Shown here piece after piece: positions 13,917 through 22,888 of a stretch of DNA of 32,000 bases; the stretch's first letter is position 1; each line of letters begins with the position of its first letter. The position numbers were made by a program, and so were the translations under genes. The stretch comes from Candidatus Lokiarchaeum ossiferum (GTDB taxonomy: Archaea > Asgardarchaeota > Lokiarchaeia > Sigyniarchaeales > Promethearchaeaceae), in assembly GCA_025839675.1 (NCBI GenBank), contig CP104013.1, positions 4,080,001 through 4,112,000 on the forward strand, in the 5' to 3' direction. The notes beneath the pieces were generated by a model. That model did no database searches. It was not told the DNA's origin and worked only from the letters and a program-made list of their open reading frames with translations.

Positions 13917-15752
13917 TCACACGAGAACTATTGGAAGATAGATAAAAAATGTTGTCCCCCGATTTAGTTCTGATTCAAATGTGAGATATCCATTGTGATT
14001 TTTTATGATGGAATAGCATGATGTCAGTCCTAAACCCGACCCTGTCGCTTTTGTTGTGAAATATGGATCAAAAATCCTTTTTTGTTCCTCGGGGGAGATT
14101 CCAATGCCCATGTCCTTAATTTTAATTAATGCATATTCACCTTCTGGGATGGGAAAATAGTTATTTTTATCTATTGTAACTCTTTCTGTACTTAAAGTTA
14201 TCATTCCACCATTTTCCATCGCTTGAATTGCATTGATGAGTATGTTATTTAAGACTTGGTAAATTTGCCCTTCATCAAATGATATTTGAGGAAGATTTTC
14301 ACATAAGTTAATTTCACTTTGAATATTTGTTCCTCGCAAGACAAAATGTGCTGATTTAACGACAAGGTCTTCAAGTGAACTAACATTTTTTATCGGGGTT
14401 CCTCCCTTGGAAAAGCTTAGCAATTGTTGAGTTAGATTTCTGGCTTGTAGAGTCGCATTTTCTAAATCATTAATGATTTCAATTTTTTCTTGTTCATCTG
14501 ATTCAATTTGGAGTAGATTAATATTGCCGAGTATTGCTGATAATATATTGTTAAAGTCGTGAGCGATACCTCCCGCAAGTAATGAGATGGACTCGACTCG
14601 TTCATTACGATGAGACTCCGCTGAAATTTTTCGTAGTTCTGTTACATCTCGCAATATTGCTTGAATCCGATGAGGTTGATTATCCTTATAAATGATGTTT
14701 GAAGATACTTCCATATTGCAAATGGAGCCATCTTTTCTGATCATATCTACCGAATATCTGGTTTTTTTCTTTTTTCCTTGAATCTTTGCCAAGGCTTGTT
14801 GATCAGTGAAATTTCGATGTTTTTCAGAAACAAAATCATTGCTATTTTTTCCTATCATTTCTTTTTGTGAATATTGGAGAATATTATTGCAGGCAGGATT
14901 TATTGAGATTATAATACCTTCCAAAGTGAGTAGAACAATTATATCCTGCGCATTTTCAATCATTTGCTCAAATAAAATATCCTGTTGCTTTTTTGCTTCT
15001 TCAATTCGTCGTAATTTTGTAATATCTAAAGAAATGGTCAATTCACGTTTGTTGTCGATGAAAATATCTTGATTGATTATGTATTTTTTACTTCCATCTT
15101 TGCAATTCACCAATCTTTCACGAATTCGAGCATTATTTAAATCCAAATATTCACGTTGATTTCTAATTTTTTCAAAGTAGGCTGGATCGGGATAGGCAAG
15201 TCTCCCCCAATCATCGTTAGACTTGATATCTTCCTGTGTATAACCAAACATTTTTGAAAAAGCGGGATTTATATATTCAACAACATCTTCTTTATCCGTA
15301 AGTACGATGGGAAGTGGAAATTCTTCTATCATTTTATGTAAATATGCCTCAGTCAATGACGTTTTCATTTCAATTTCCAGTAATAGCGCAGGATCAATGA
15401 AAAAGAAGATTGTAAATTCTTTGAAAATTTCCACATTTTGAATAATAAAATTCCGAATTCTTTGATCTTTACAGCGAATTTTGAGAATTTTTAACTTATT
15501 ATGAGGTGGTTTGTATTTCTGTGAATGTTTAAATGCCTTAATGTCACTATTTTGCTCTAATAAAGCGATGGAATTCCATGTTTGAAGTATTGGAATATCA
15601 TCTAATGAATACTTTATGACATTTGTGAAATGATGATTAATGAAAATACAGTGTTCCCCACTATCTACTATCAATATTGGGAAAGGGAGATCTTCACAAA
15701 TTAATTTAATTTGTTTCATATTTTGATGATAATCTTCTATATCCATGCTCAT
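13917..15752 (-). CDS. Cytoplasmic multi-PAS sensor histidine kinase
   Basis: H-box 'GGIAHDFNNILSAILGNINLL', N-box 'QVLNNILINAIQAM', G1 'IKDMGIGISPE' and G2 'GSGLGLTSCYSI'. PAS-like segments lie upstream (for example 'PIVLTDKEDVVEYINPAFSKMFGYTQEDI' and 'IISINPACNNILQYSQKEMIGKN'). No TM segment. Confidence 0.9.
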   Translation of the reverse strand: MSMDIEDYHQNMKQIKLICEDLPFPILIVDSGEHCIFINHHFTNVIKYSLDDIPILQTWNSIALLEQNSDIKAFKHSQKYKPPHNKLKILKIRCKDQRIRNFIIQNVEIFKEFTIFFFIDPALLLEIEMKTSLTEAYLHKMIEEFPLPIVLTDKEDVVEYINPAFSKMFGYTQEDIKSNDDWGRLAYPDPAYFEKIRNQREYLDLNNARIRERLVNCKDGSKKYIINQDIFIDNKRELTISLDITKLRRIEEAKKQQDILFEQMIENAQDIIVLLTLEGIIISINPACNNILQYSQKEMIGKNSNDFVSEKHRNFTDQQALAKIQGKKKKTRYSVDMIRKDGSICNMEVSSNIIYKDNQPHRIQAILRDVTELRKISAESHRNERVESISLLAGGIAHDFNNILSAILGNINLLQIESDEQEKIEIINDLENATLQARNLTQQLLSFSKGGTPIKNVSSLEDLVVKSAHFVLRGTNIQSEINLCENLPQISFDEGQIYQVLNNILINAIQAMENGGMITLSTERVTIDKNNYFPIPEGEYALIKIKDMGIGISPEEQKRIFDPYFTTKATGSGLGLTSCYSIIKNHNGYLTFESELNRGTTFFIYLPIVLV

Positions 15753-15808
15753 CTTTCTAAAGCATGATTAACCTAAAAATTTTTTTTACTAGAACACGAT
15801 CCCACTTG

Positions 15809-16168
15809 CTATTTATTTGAAAATTTATTATTGTAGGGATTCTTACTTTCTTCTTGTTTTTGTAAGGATTCTTCACGCGATTGCTTTAAATACACCATTT
15901 TGCCATATAATCGCTTCCATTTTTCCCGTTCAAATCCTGAATATCCTAAAATGAGAAATCCGATTACTGCAAAAACTGCTGAAATCCAACGGATATTTGC
16001 AAATACAAAATACACTATTACTCCAATGATTCCACATCCAATGGCCAAAAAAAAACTGGTTCGGTATTGTTTCATTCTTTGGTTATGGAATTTTTCCATA
16101 TCGGCTTTGGAGACTTTAAGCAGTCTCTCAGTCAATTCTCTATCTGTCATTTTTCCTGTTAAACTCAT
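15809..16168 (-). CDS. Small hypothetical membrane protein (2 TM)
   Basis: 'FFLAIGCGIIGVIVYFVFA' and 'ISAVFAVIGFLILGYSGF' form a hairpin. The ATG at 16166-16168 lies 1 nt after the upstream gene's stop (16170-16172). The track start at 16198 would overlap that gene by 29 nt. Confidence 0.5.
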   Translation of the reverse strand: MSLTGKMTDRELTERLLKVSKADMEKFHNQRMKQYRTSFFLAIGCGIIGVIVYFVFANIRWISAVFAVIGFLILGYSGFEREKWKRLYGKMVYLKQSREESLQKQEESKNPYNNKFSNK

Positions 16169-16169
16169 G

Positions 16170-18626
16170 TTATATTCCTTCAATCGTTTCCTTTTCAATT
16201 TCGAATGTGTAAGTTATTTGTAAATAATGTATCATAAAAGCAACTGAGTCACTAAATTCAATCATACAGTAGTTAAATTTTTCATCATTTGCAGCACTGA
16301 AAGTTGATCTTACATCCCCTTTAATCGGTTCAATCTTCATTTCTCCTTTGAGATACATTAGCGAAATTTTTCCTAAAAAGTGTGGTTCTAGGGAGTTTTT
16401 CAGAATTGGGAAAAGTAAGCGTAATTTTTGAGTTCCTTCAGTTTTTACATACTCATGCACTTCTGCTGTACAATATTGAATTACTAGATTTGGAGATAAT
16501 CTCATAAATGCATGCCATGTTGAAAATATATTGGGAGGAATCGAAATATTATCAATTTCTAAGTTCTTTGCAAATTTTTTCCCCTTCGGATTATAGAGAT
16601 TAAATGAAATGTTATTTTGGGGATTTGGGTTCAAATTTCCAACAGTAATGAGCCGTTCTTCATTAGGGGCGAGGTTTTGGATTACCACACATTCTCCAGA
16701 TGCAGAAACATTTTTTGTGGGAAAATTAATATCTTCAAATAATTTACTGAGCATATCTACCGAATCTATATGTGAAGAAACCATAATCCCTGAATGGATC
16801 ACTTTTCCCATCTTATAATGCCGAGAAAAGGCATGAATTCTCTTTCCATCATCAGAATGTGCCAGTATTTGGGCATTTTGGATGAATTCTAAGTTGTATG
16901 AATATAACTTATTTATATGGAGGATCGTTTCTGAATGTTCTCTACCAATCCAAATAACATCAGTTATATTCAATTCTTCTTTTGCCTTGGCAAAATAGAG
17001 GGAATACAGTGTTCGATCTTCCTCAAAATACTCGTTATACATCGGAATATCACCAAATGAAATAATTTTTCCTCCATTTTCTACATATTCTTGGAGTAAA
17101 ACCATTGTTTCATGTTCCATCCAACCTAAGTAATACAACATAATGTAGGGTTTCTCTGCCATTTCAACCCCAGTAATTTGATGCAGATCAATAACATCAT
17201 AATGAATGAAATATTTCGTGAGTAATTGTAAATAGTTTTTGTAGTTTATTTTGAGTTGTTCATAATCCATAGAGAACCCAAAATTCAAGGAATTAAAAAT
17301 ATCGCCTTTTGATTTTAATCTTGTATATGGATGATAATAAGCAACGCTGAGAGCATCATAGGATTTTACTAATGACCGGATGACATTTTCATTTGTTTTG
17401 ATGAAATTGTGTAGTTTTTTAACTTCTAAACTTCGAGCTATTTGAATTGGTCCATTAAGAGTACTATCATTCTTTATATTTGAAGAAATGGCTCTAATTC
17501 CATGGGCTAATGATAATTGAAATAATGTATGTGTATTCAATTGTTTATAGGGGCGCTTTTCCGAGTATTCTTGAAATTTGGCAATAAACGGAGGGTTGTG
17601 AAAATGACTTTTTAACCATTCAATATGCCAACTTGTAAAACAATTCACATTCACTTGGGAATGAAAAACTTCTGGAAGAAAATTAAATCCGATGACGACA
17701 TTAGAGCCTTCGTATAATACATTATTATGAGTCAATTGATGTTGGGTATTTATTGGTGATTTGTAAGAATTGATATTCAAATAAATTGGAATAAAAATTT
17801 CATTATCTCGCACAAATTCAACCAAAATACTAATAAATTCTGAAATAACCCATTCTTTAAATTCTAACCAATCTAAAAATGGAAGGAGTTCGAAAGAATA
17901 TTCATGTGTGTAGTTTTGTTTTGGGGGGTAAGGTGGATTTATCTCTTCAAAGGTAAGGTAGTGTTCTCCATAAATCTCGTTTAATGCTTGAACAAGGAGA
18001 TATTTCTTTTTAAGAAAGTTTTGGTAGAATTCATTATAAATCGGATGAAAACCGAAAGAAAAGTATTGGCTTTCCACGTTGAAAGTGAATTCATCATCAA
18101 TTTGATATAAAATGATATTACCTTGAGGAAATTGATACTTCTGGACAAATCGATTGATTATTTCGTACCAAGTTTTGACTTTTTCCATATATTTAGGATG
18201 GAGAGGGGCAACAATCGGTTTTTTATTTTCCCCAAAAACAGCTTGGGTTCCATTTACATCAAGATCAATTATTTCAGGATAGTTAGTAAATAACCACTTG
18301 GGAAGATATTCGAATTTTCCATGGTGTGTATTTCTTGGCCCTGGTCGAATCAAGATATACATTTCATTTGCTTTACAAATATCAAAAAGTTGAGCAATAT
18401 TTTTTTTTGGGGAATTAAAATCGATCTTTCCTTCTTCAGTCTCATGAAAAGCCCATGGAATAAATATCGAAATTGCATTATAGCCACCATTTTTAAGTTT
18501 AGATATATTTTCTTGCCATAAATCTGCGCTTATCTCGTAATAATGCATTTCTGCGGAGAGAAGAAAGACTGGTTTTCCCCCAATATAAATAGTTTTTTGC
18601 GAAACTTCAACAATCGATTCATCCAT
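16170..18626 (-). CDS. Glycoside hydrolase, clan GH-A, GH35/GH42-like beta-galactosidase, cytoplasmic
   Basis: The N-terminus 'IYIGGKPVFLLSAEMHYYEISADLWQENISKLKNGGYNAISIFIPWAFHETEEGKIDF...MYILIRPGP' follows the GH35 TIM-barrel opening. 'LYQIDDEF' sits at the position of the '...ENEY' acid/base strand. No signal peptide. Confidence 0.7.
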   Translation of the reverse strand: MDESIVEVSQKTIYIGGKPVFLLSAEMHYYEISADLWQENISKLKNGGYNAISIFIPWAFHETEEGKIDFNSPKKNIAQLFDICKANEMYILIRPGPRNTHHGKFEYLPKWLFTNYPEIIDLDVNGTQAVFGENKKPIVAPLHPKYMEKVKTWYEIINRFVQKYQFPQGNIILYQIDDEFTFNVESQYFSFGFHPIYNEFYQNFLKKKYLLVQALNEIYGEHYLTFEEINPPYPPKQNYTHEYSFELLPFLDWLEFKEWVISEFISILVEFVRDNEIFIPIYLNINSYKSPINTQHQLTHNNVLYEGSNVVIGFNFLPEVFHSQVNVNCFTSWHIEWLKSHFHNPPFIAKFQEYSEKRPYKQLNTHTLFQLSLAHGIRAISSNIKNDSTLNGPIQIARSLEVKKLHNFIKTNENVIRSLVKSYDALSVAYYHPYTRLKSKGDIFNSLNFGFSMDYEQLKINYKNYLQLLTKYFIHYDVIDLHQITGVEMAEKPYIMLYYLGWMEHETMVLLQEYVENGGKIISFGDIPMYNEYFEEDRTLYSLYFAKAKEELNITDVIWIGREHSETILHINKLYSYNLEFIQNAQILAHSDDGKRIHAFSRHYKMGKVIHSGIMVSSHIDSVDMLSKLFEDINFPTKNVSASGECVVIQNLAPNEERLITVGNLNPNPQNNISFNLYNPKGKKFAKNLEIDNISIPPNIFSTWHAFMRLSPNLVIQYCTAEVHEYVKTEGTQKLRLLFPILKNSLEPHFLGKISLMYLKGEMKIEPIKGDVRSTFSAANDEKFNYCMIEFSDSVAFMIHYLQITYTFEIEKETIEGI

Positions 18627-18727
18627 TGATTATTTTATTTAATGATTTTCCGATTCTAAAAAGCTTTGGGAATGAATTCAAATAGATCACACAAAAATTC
18701 TTATGATTTAACATCAATAAAAAAAAT

Positions 18728-19813
18728 ATGCCTCGAAAGATTATTGCGATTGCGAAAGGTGATGGAGTAGGACCAGAAGTTGTCAATGAAGGAATTAAAA
18801 TATTGAAACTTCTCGAAAAATATTCTGATTATTCTTTTGATTTTGTAGAAACTCCCTTGGGTGGACAAGTATTAAAAGATACAGGCACGAACCTTCCCAC
18901 AAAATCATTTGATTTGATGAAAACTAGTGATGCGATTCTATTTGGGGCTATTGGTCTTCCTGATCTGCCATTAGGAGTCGCTGAAACAGCGATTCTAAAA
19001 ATTCGCCATGGTTTAAATCAGTATGTAAATCTTCGACCTGCAAAATTGTATGAGCCCTTACGGGATAAATGTCCTTTGAAAGAAGAATATATACAAAATG
19101 GAATTGATATTACCACTATTCGGGAAAATACTGAGGGTTTATATGCAAAAATTGGAAAAAAGGATATCAATTCTGCAGAGAATCTTATGCGATACTCACG
19201 AACAGCGGTAGAACGTCTGATAAAATATGGTTTTGAGTATGCTATGCGAAAAGGACATTCTGAAGTCATAAGTGTTGATAAGGCTAATTTATTAGAATGT
19301 AGTCAGTTTTGGCGAGAGATTTATCAAGACATTGGTCAAAATTATCCCTCCTTGACTCAAAAGAATTTTTATGTGGATGCCTTTTGTCAATGGTTGATAC
19401 GAAAACCTTATACTGTACAGACAGTAGTTACCGAGAATATGTTCGGGGATATTATCAGTGATGAAGCAGCATACTTGATTGGATCTTTGGGGATGGCTGC
19501 CAGTGGCAATATTAATCCAGATGGTATTTCAATGTATGAACCAATCCATGGCTCTGCCCCTGATATTGCAGGACAAGGAATCGCTAATCCTATTGGGACA
19601 ATATTATCAGTGAAGTTAATGTTGGAAGAATCCTTTCAGGATGATCATTTAGGAACTTTGATAGAAGATTCAATAGTGGAAAGTTTGGGCATTGGAAGGA
19701 CTTTAGACATTTTGCCTCTCGTTTATTCCGCTAATTCTCATTTTAAAACTTTAAATACCCAAGAAATGGGAGATTTAATCCTCGCTCTTCTACAAAAACG
19801 TTTAAAGGTTTAA
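18728..19813 (+). CDS. Isocitrate/isopropylmalate dehydrogenase family enzyme (3-isopropylmalate or homoisocitrate dehydrogenase-like)
   Basis: 'IAIAKGDGVGPEVV', 'IRENTEGLY', the family signature 'NMFGDIISDEAAYLIGSLGMAASGNI' and 'YEPIHGSAPDIAGQGIANPIGTILS'. Confidence 0.85.
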   Translation: MPRKIIAIAKGDGVGPEVVNEGIKILKLLEKYSDYSFDFVETPLGGQVLKDTGTNLPTKSFDLMKTSDAILFGAIGLPDLPLGVAETAILKIRHGLNQYVNLRPAKLYEPLRDKCPLKEEYIQNGIDITTIRENTEGLYAKIGKKDINSAENLMRYSRTAVERLIKYGFEYAMRKGHSEVISVDKANLLECSQFWREIYQDIGQNYPSLTQKNFYVDAFCQWLIRKPYTVQTVVTENMFGDIISDEAAYLIGSLGMAASGNINPDGISMYEPIHGSAPDIAGQGIANPIGTILSVKLMLEESFQDDHLGTLIEDSIVESLGIGRTLDILPLVYSANSHFKTLNTQEMGDLILALLQKRLKV

Positions 19814-19836
19814 AAAAACAAGTAGATGATAAGTAA

Positions 19837-20055
19837 ATGCCACCTACAACTATTCGATTTTATTGCGATATATGTAAGAAAACCGTCTCCGTCGCGCTCC
19901 CTGAAGATTTTTGCAACGATTTCAAGAAATCCGCCGATAAATGGCCTTATCCTTTAGTTTATCCTCATGAAGGTCACTATGCGATTGTGTATCTTGATGA
20001 AGATATGAAGGAACGGGGAGTAAATGTCTCCCGAATGGTATTTAAAGAAAATTAG
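19837..20055 (+). CDS. Small hypothetical protein (72 aa) with CxxC and HxxH motifs
   Basis: 'RFYCDICKK...YPHEGHYAIVY'. It starts 23 nt after the dehydrogenase stop on the same strand. Confidence 0.4.
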   Translation: MPPTTIRFYCDICKKTVSVALPEDFCNDFKKSADKWPYPLVYPHEGHYAIVYLDEDMKERGVNVSRMVFKEN

Positions 20056-20088
20056 AAAGAAGATTTACGGAAAAAAGAAAAACACTTC

Positions 20089-21582
20089 TTATTTTTTAAG
20101 TAATTTTTCAATTTCATCAATTCGATATCTTGTTTTTTTGGAATCGCTCTCGAGTTTTTTCAGTTGTTTTTCATAGTTCTTCTGAGTTAAATTTCCTGAG
20201 GCAAATTTCTTTTCAACAAATGCACTTAGATTGCGAATACTATTAAGTTTATTCTCTAAACTTTCATGTTCGGCTTTTAATTCTTCCTTGGTTTTTTGGG
20301 TCGCTGGAGGTACAGTTTTTTTGGGTTTCACTTCTATAGGATCTGTGCTGGTGGGTTCAATTCTAGAAGAATAATCAGAAGGTGCTGAAATAGATTGATT
20401 TTGGTCTGCTACATAACTAGGCTCCAAATTTGGAGGTGGTGCTAAAGTTGGAGGCGGATTAAAATTTGCGGGAGTTGCATTTTTTGTTTCGTTGTCACCC
20501 AATGATGAAATACTTGCCATAATATTATCCAGAGGATTATTTCCAGAGGATACTTGTGTAGGGGATGTTTGAGGTGGTTGAGCTGCCGGAGGTTCAGAAT
20601 ACGTCTGAGTGTGAATTAAATCCTCTTCTTTTGCAATTACAACTCGCATCAAATTTGCCATATTCGTTTGTAAATTATCAAATTCAGAGAGCATTCGTTC
20701 TTTAAATGATATCATTTCCGTTAACATATCTTCAAAGGCTTTAAACAACTCTTCATCGGTTTTAATTTTGACTGTCGAAGAATATGTAATTTCTGGAATA
20801 GTTGTGTGAATCGCAGGTCTTCCTTGATCATTTCTACTTGCATCTGGGATCCCATCTTCTGCAGTAACATTTAATTGGGATTGAGAATCAATTTGGGTTC
20901 GTTTAGAGGTTCTTAACCAAGAAAAGACATTCATTGCTAATTGAGAATGACTTCCATAATTTATTCCTCCCATGATTTTATCCCTGAACATTTCATAACT
21001 TCCTATGGATACTATTCTCCCTTCCCCTAATTCACACGCCAACATCAAAGGACTTTCAAAAGGCTCTGCATTTGGACCAGATGAAAATACAGGTGTGACT
21101 GTCGCACTTGAAATTGTTAAACTACAGCCTGCGCGAAAACAAATATCTGATATTCCCTCTGTAATTGGGTGGGGAAATCCAAAATCTGTAATAGTAGGAA
21201 GGTTTTCAACCCCTAAGTTACTTGCTTTATCTAATACTTGGTTATTTTCAAAAATCATTCCAAATTCTTCTGCGAGTTCGCTTAAATTGGATCTCCGCCC
21301 TTTATCTCCACCAGCATGGCTTAAAAGTAATAAACTTCCTCCTTTTTTAACCCATTTCTTGATAGATTCTATTTCCTGCCTACTTAATCGAGAATTATCA
21401 GGACACGCAAAAACAACAATATCATAAGGTGATAAATTTTCTGTTGTAATTGGAAATTCTGCATAATTTTCGCATTTATACCCATTTGAATCCAATAATT
21501 CAGCAAGTTTGGAGAGTGAATTTGTAATTTTTCCTCTTTCTTTATGAGCTTGATCAAAGCCAATAACAAATGATTGGGACAT
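20089..21582 (-). CDS. GIFT/DUF4350 (GldG-IFT52 N-terminal-like) domain protein with a helical segment, a Pro/Ser/Gln-rich linker and a C-terminal coiled coil
   Basis: aa 1-224 'FDQAH...YDIVVFACPDNSRLSRQEIESIKKWVKKGGSLLLLSHAGGD...GRIVSIGSYEMF' fits the ABC_transp_aux/DUF4350 pattern. aa 329-428 are low-complexity ('EPPAAQPPQTSPTQ', 'NPPPTLAPPPNLEP'). aa 429-497 are heptad-like and include the SHOCT-like 'GNLTQKNYEKQLKKL'. Confidence 0.55.
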   Translation of the reverse strand: MSQSFVIGFDQAHKERGKITNSLSKLAELLDSNGYKCENYAEFPITTENLSPYDIVVFACPDNSRLSRQEIESIKKWVKKGGSLLLLSHAGGDKGRRSNLSELAEEFGMIFENNQVLDKASNLGVENLPTITDFGFPHPITEGISDICFRAGCSLTISSATVTPVFSSGPNAEPFESPLMLACELGEGRIVSIGSYEMFRDKIMGGINYGSHSQLAMNVFSWLRTSKRTQIDSQSQLNVTAEDGIPDASRNDQGRPAIHTTIPEITYSSTVKIKTDEELFKAFEDMLTEMISFKERMLSEFDNLQTNMANLMRVVIAKEEDLIHTQTYSEPPAAQPPQTSPTQVSSGNNPLDNIMASISSLGDNETKNATPANFNPPPTLAPPPNLEPSYVADQNQSISAPSDYSSRIEPTSTDPIEVKPKKTVPPATQKTKEELKAEHESLENKLNSIRNLSAFVEKKFASGNLTQKNYEKQLKKLESDSKKTRYRIDEIEKLLKK

Positions 21583-21673
21583 CTATAAGCAAATAAATGT
21601 CTTAGAAGCAAATAAATGTTTTTTGGAAAGAAAAAAAAAACCAAAACTGAAGTAAAAAGAAAAATTCGTTAAA

Positions 21674-22792
21674 TTAGAGTTCCAATAAAAAGGAATTATC
21701 TCCTAAAGTAATATTATCCTTGATGATTGAATCAATCTTGACATTATCTCCAATAATCGACATTTTGGATATTATGCGTTGTAAAGTGCAATTATCTCCA
21801 ATAACAATATTTTCTAAATTACAATCTTCAATTGTACAATTTTTTCCTATACTGACAAATGGACCAATTACTGAACGGATAATTTGACTATTTTTACCAA
21901 TAGCGCAAGGAGAAGTGATCACTGAATCTTCAATTTTCTTGATAGATCCTTTTAGATGTGCGTTGTGGGCTTCTAATAATATTCGATTTGCTTGTAAAAG
22001 TGCTTCTGGCCTCCCAAAATCTAAAATCCCGTCCATAAAAGGTTCACTCTTTATTTTAAATCCTTCTTCAACCAATTGTTGAAGTCCGGGAGTAAATTGA
22101 AATTCTATTTTTTTCTTCTTCCCCTCTTTAATTGCTTGAAGATGAGCTTGATATTGTTGATCTAAGATGGCATACAACCGTTTCATGGTTTTTGCTTTGA
22201 AGGCATACACTCCTGAAATGGCTTGAGTCGAAGTAGTATGTTTGGGTTTTTCAACCATTGAGTGTATAATATTATCTTCGTCCGTTTCTACAATACCATA
22301 AAATTGTGTTTTTTCTGGAGAAACAATCATTGTTCCTAAGACTCCATCCACATTTGGGTCGTCTAATGCATCAAGGATGAATTGATAATCTTTTACAGGT
22401 ATCATATCTGATAAAAAGACTAAACAATAGTCTTCTTTTGATTTATCGGTTGGAACGTCTGGTGTATTCTCGTACCATTCCTTTGAAAGGAGAATTGCTT
22501 GCCCCAATCCACCAAAAAAGGGTACATCACCTTGATATCCTGCAGGTGTCTGTTCTACATAACCTAAAGCAAAGTCTTCCGAATAATGTTTTTCAAGATA
22601 ATCTTTGATCTGGACACTTTTATACCCCGTAATTAGACATATTGGTGTTTTTTTGGGTAGGGATGCGCCTATTTTATTTAAAATATGATCTACCCCGCGA
22701 GATCCGCCAATCTGTACAAATGCTTTCGGTTTACTAAACGAAAATGGTCGTAGTCGCATTCCTACGCCCGCTATTGGTAAAACTAATTTCAT
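21674..22792 (-). CDS. Sugar-1-phosphate nucleotidyltransferase with a C-terminal left-handed beta-helix (hexapeptide-repeat) domain
   Basis: N-terminal 'LPIAGVGMRLRPFSFSKPKAFV' (GxGxRLxPxxxxxPK). C-terminal hexapeptide-like 'IGKNCTIEDCNLENIVIGDNCTLQRIISKMSIIGDNVKIDS'. Confidence 0.8.
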   Translation of the reverse strand: MKLVLPIAGVGMRLRPFSFSKPKAFVQIGGSRGVDHILNKIGASLPKKTPICLITGYKSVQIKDYLEKHYSEDFALGYVEQTPAGYQGDVPFFGGLGQAILLSKEWYENTPDVPTDKSKEDYCLVFLSDMIPVKDYQFILDALDDPNVDGVLGTMIVSPEKTQFYGIVETDEDNIIHSMVEKPKHTTSTQAISGVYAFKAKTMKRLYAILDQQYQAHLQAIKEGKKKKIEFQFTPGLQQLVEEGFKIKSEPFMDGILDFGRPEALLQANRILLEAHNAHLKGSIKKIEDSVITSPCAIGKNSQIIRSVIGPFVSIGKNCTIEDCNLENIVIGDNCTLQRIISKMSIIGDNVKIDSIIKDNITLGDNSFLLEL

Positions 22793-22888
22793 TACGTTTG
22801 ATCATATTTTTGAAAACTTATGAATCTTATTTGTTAGGGAAAAAATGTTATATAAAACGATTTCATATAATAGACTTAAGTGAATTAA

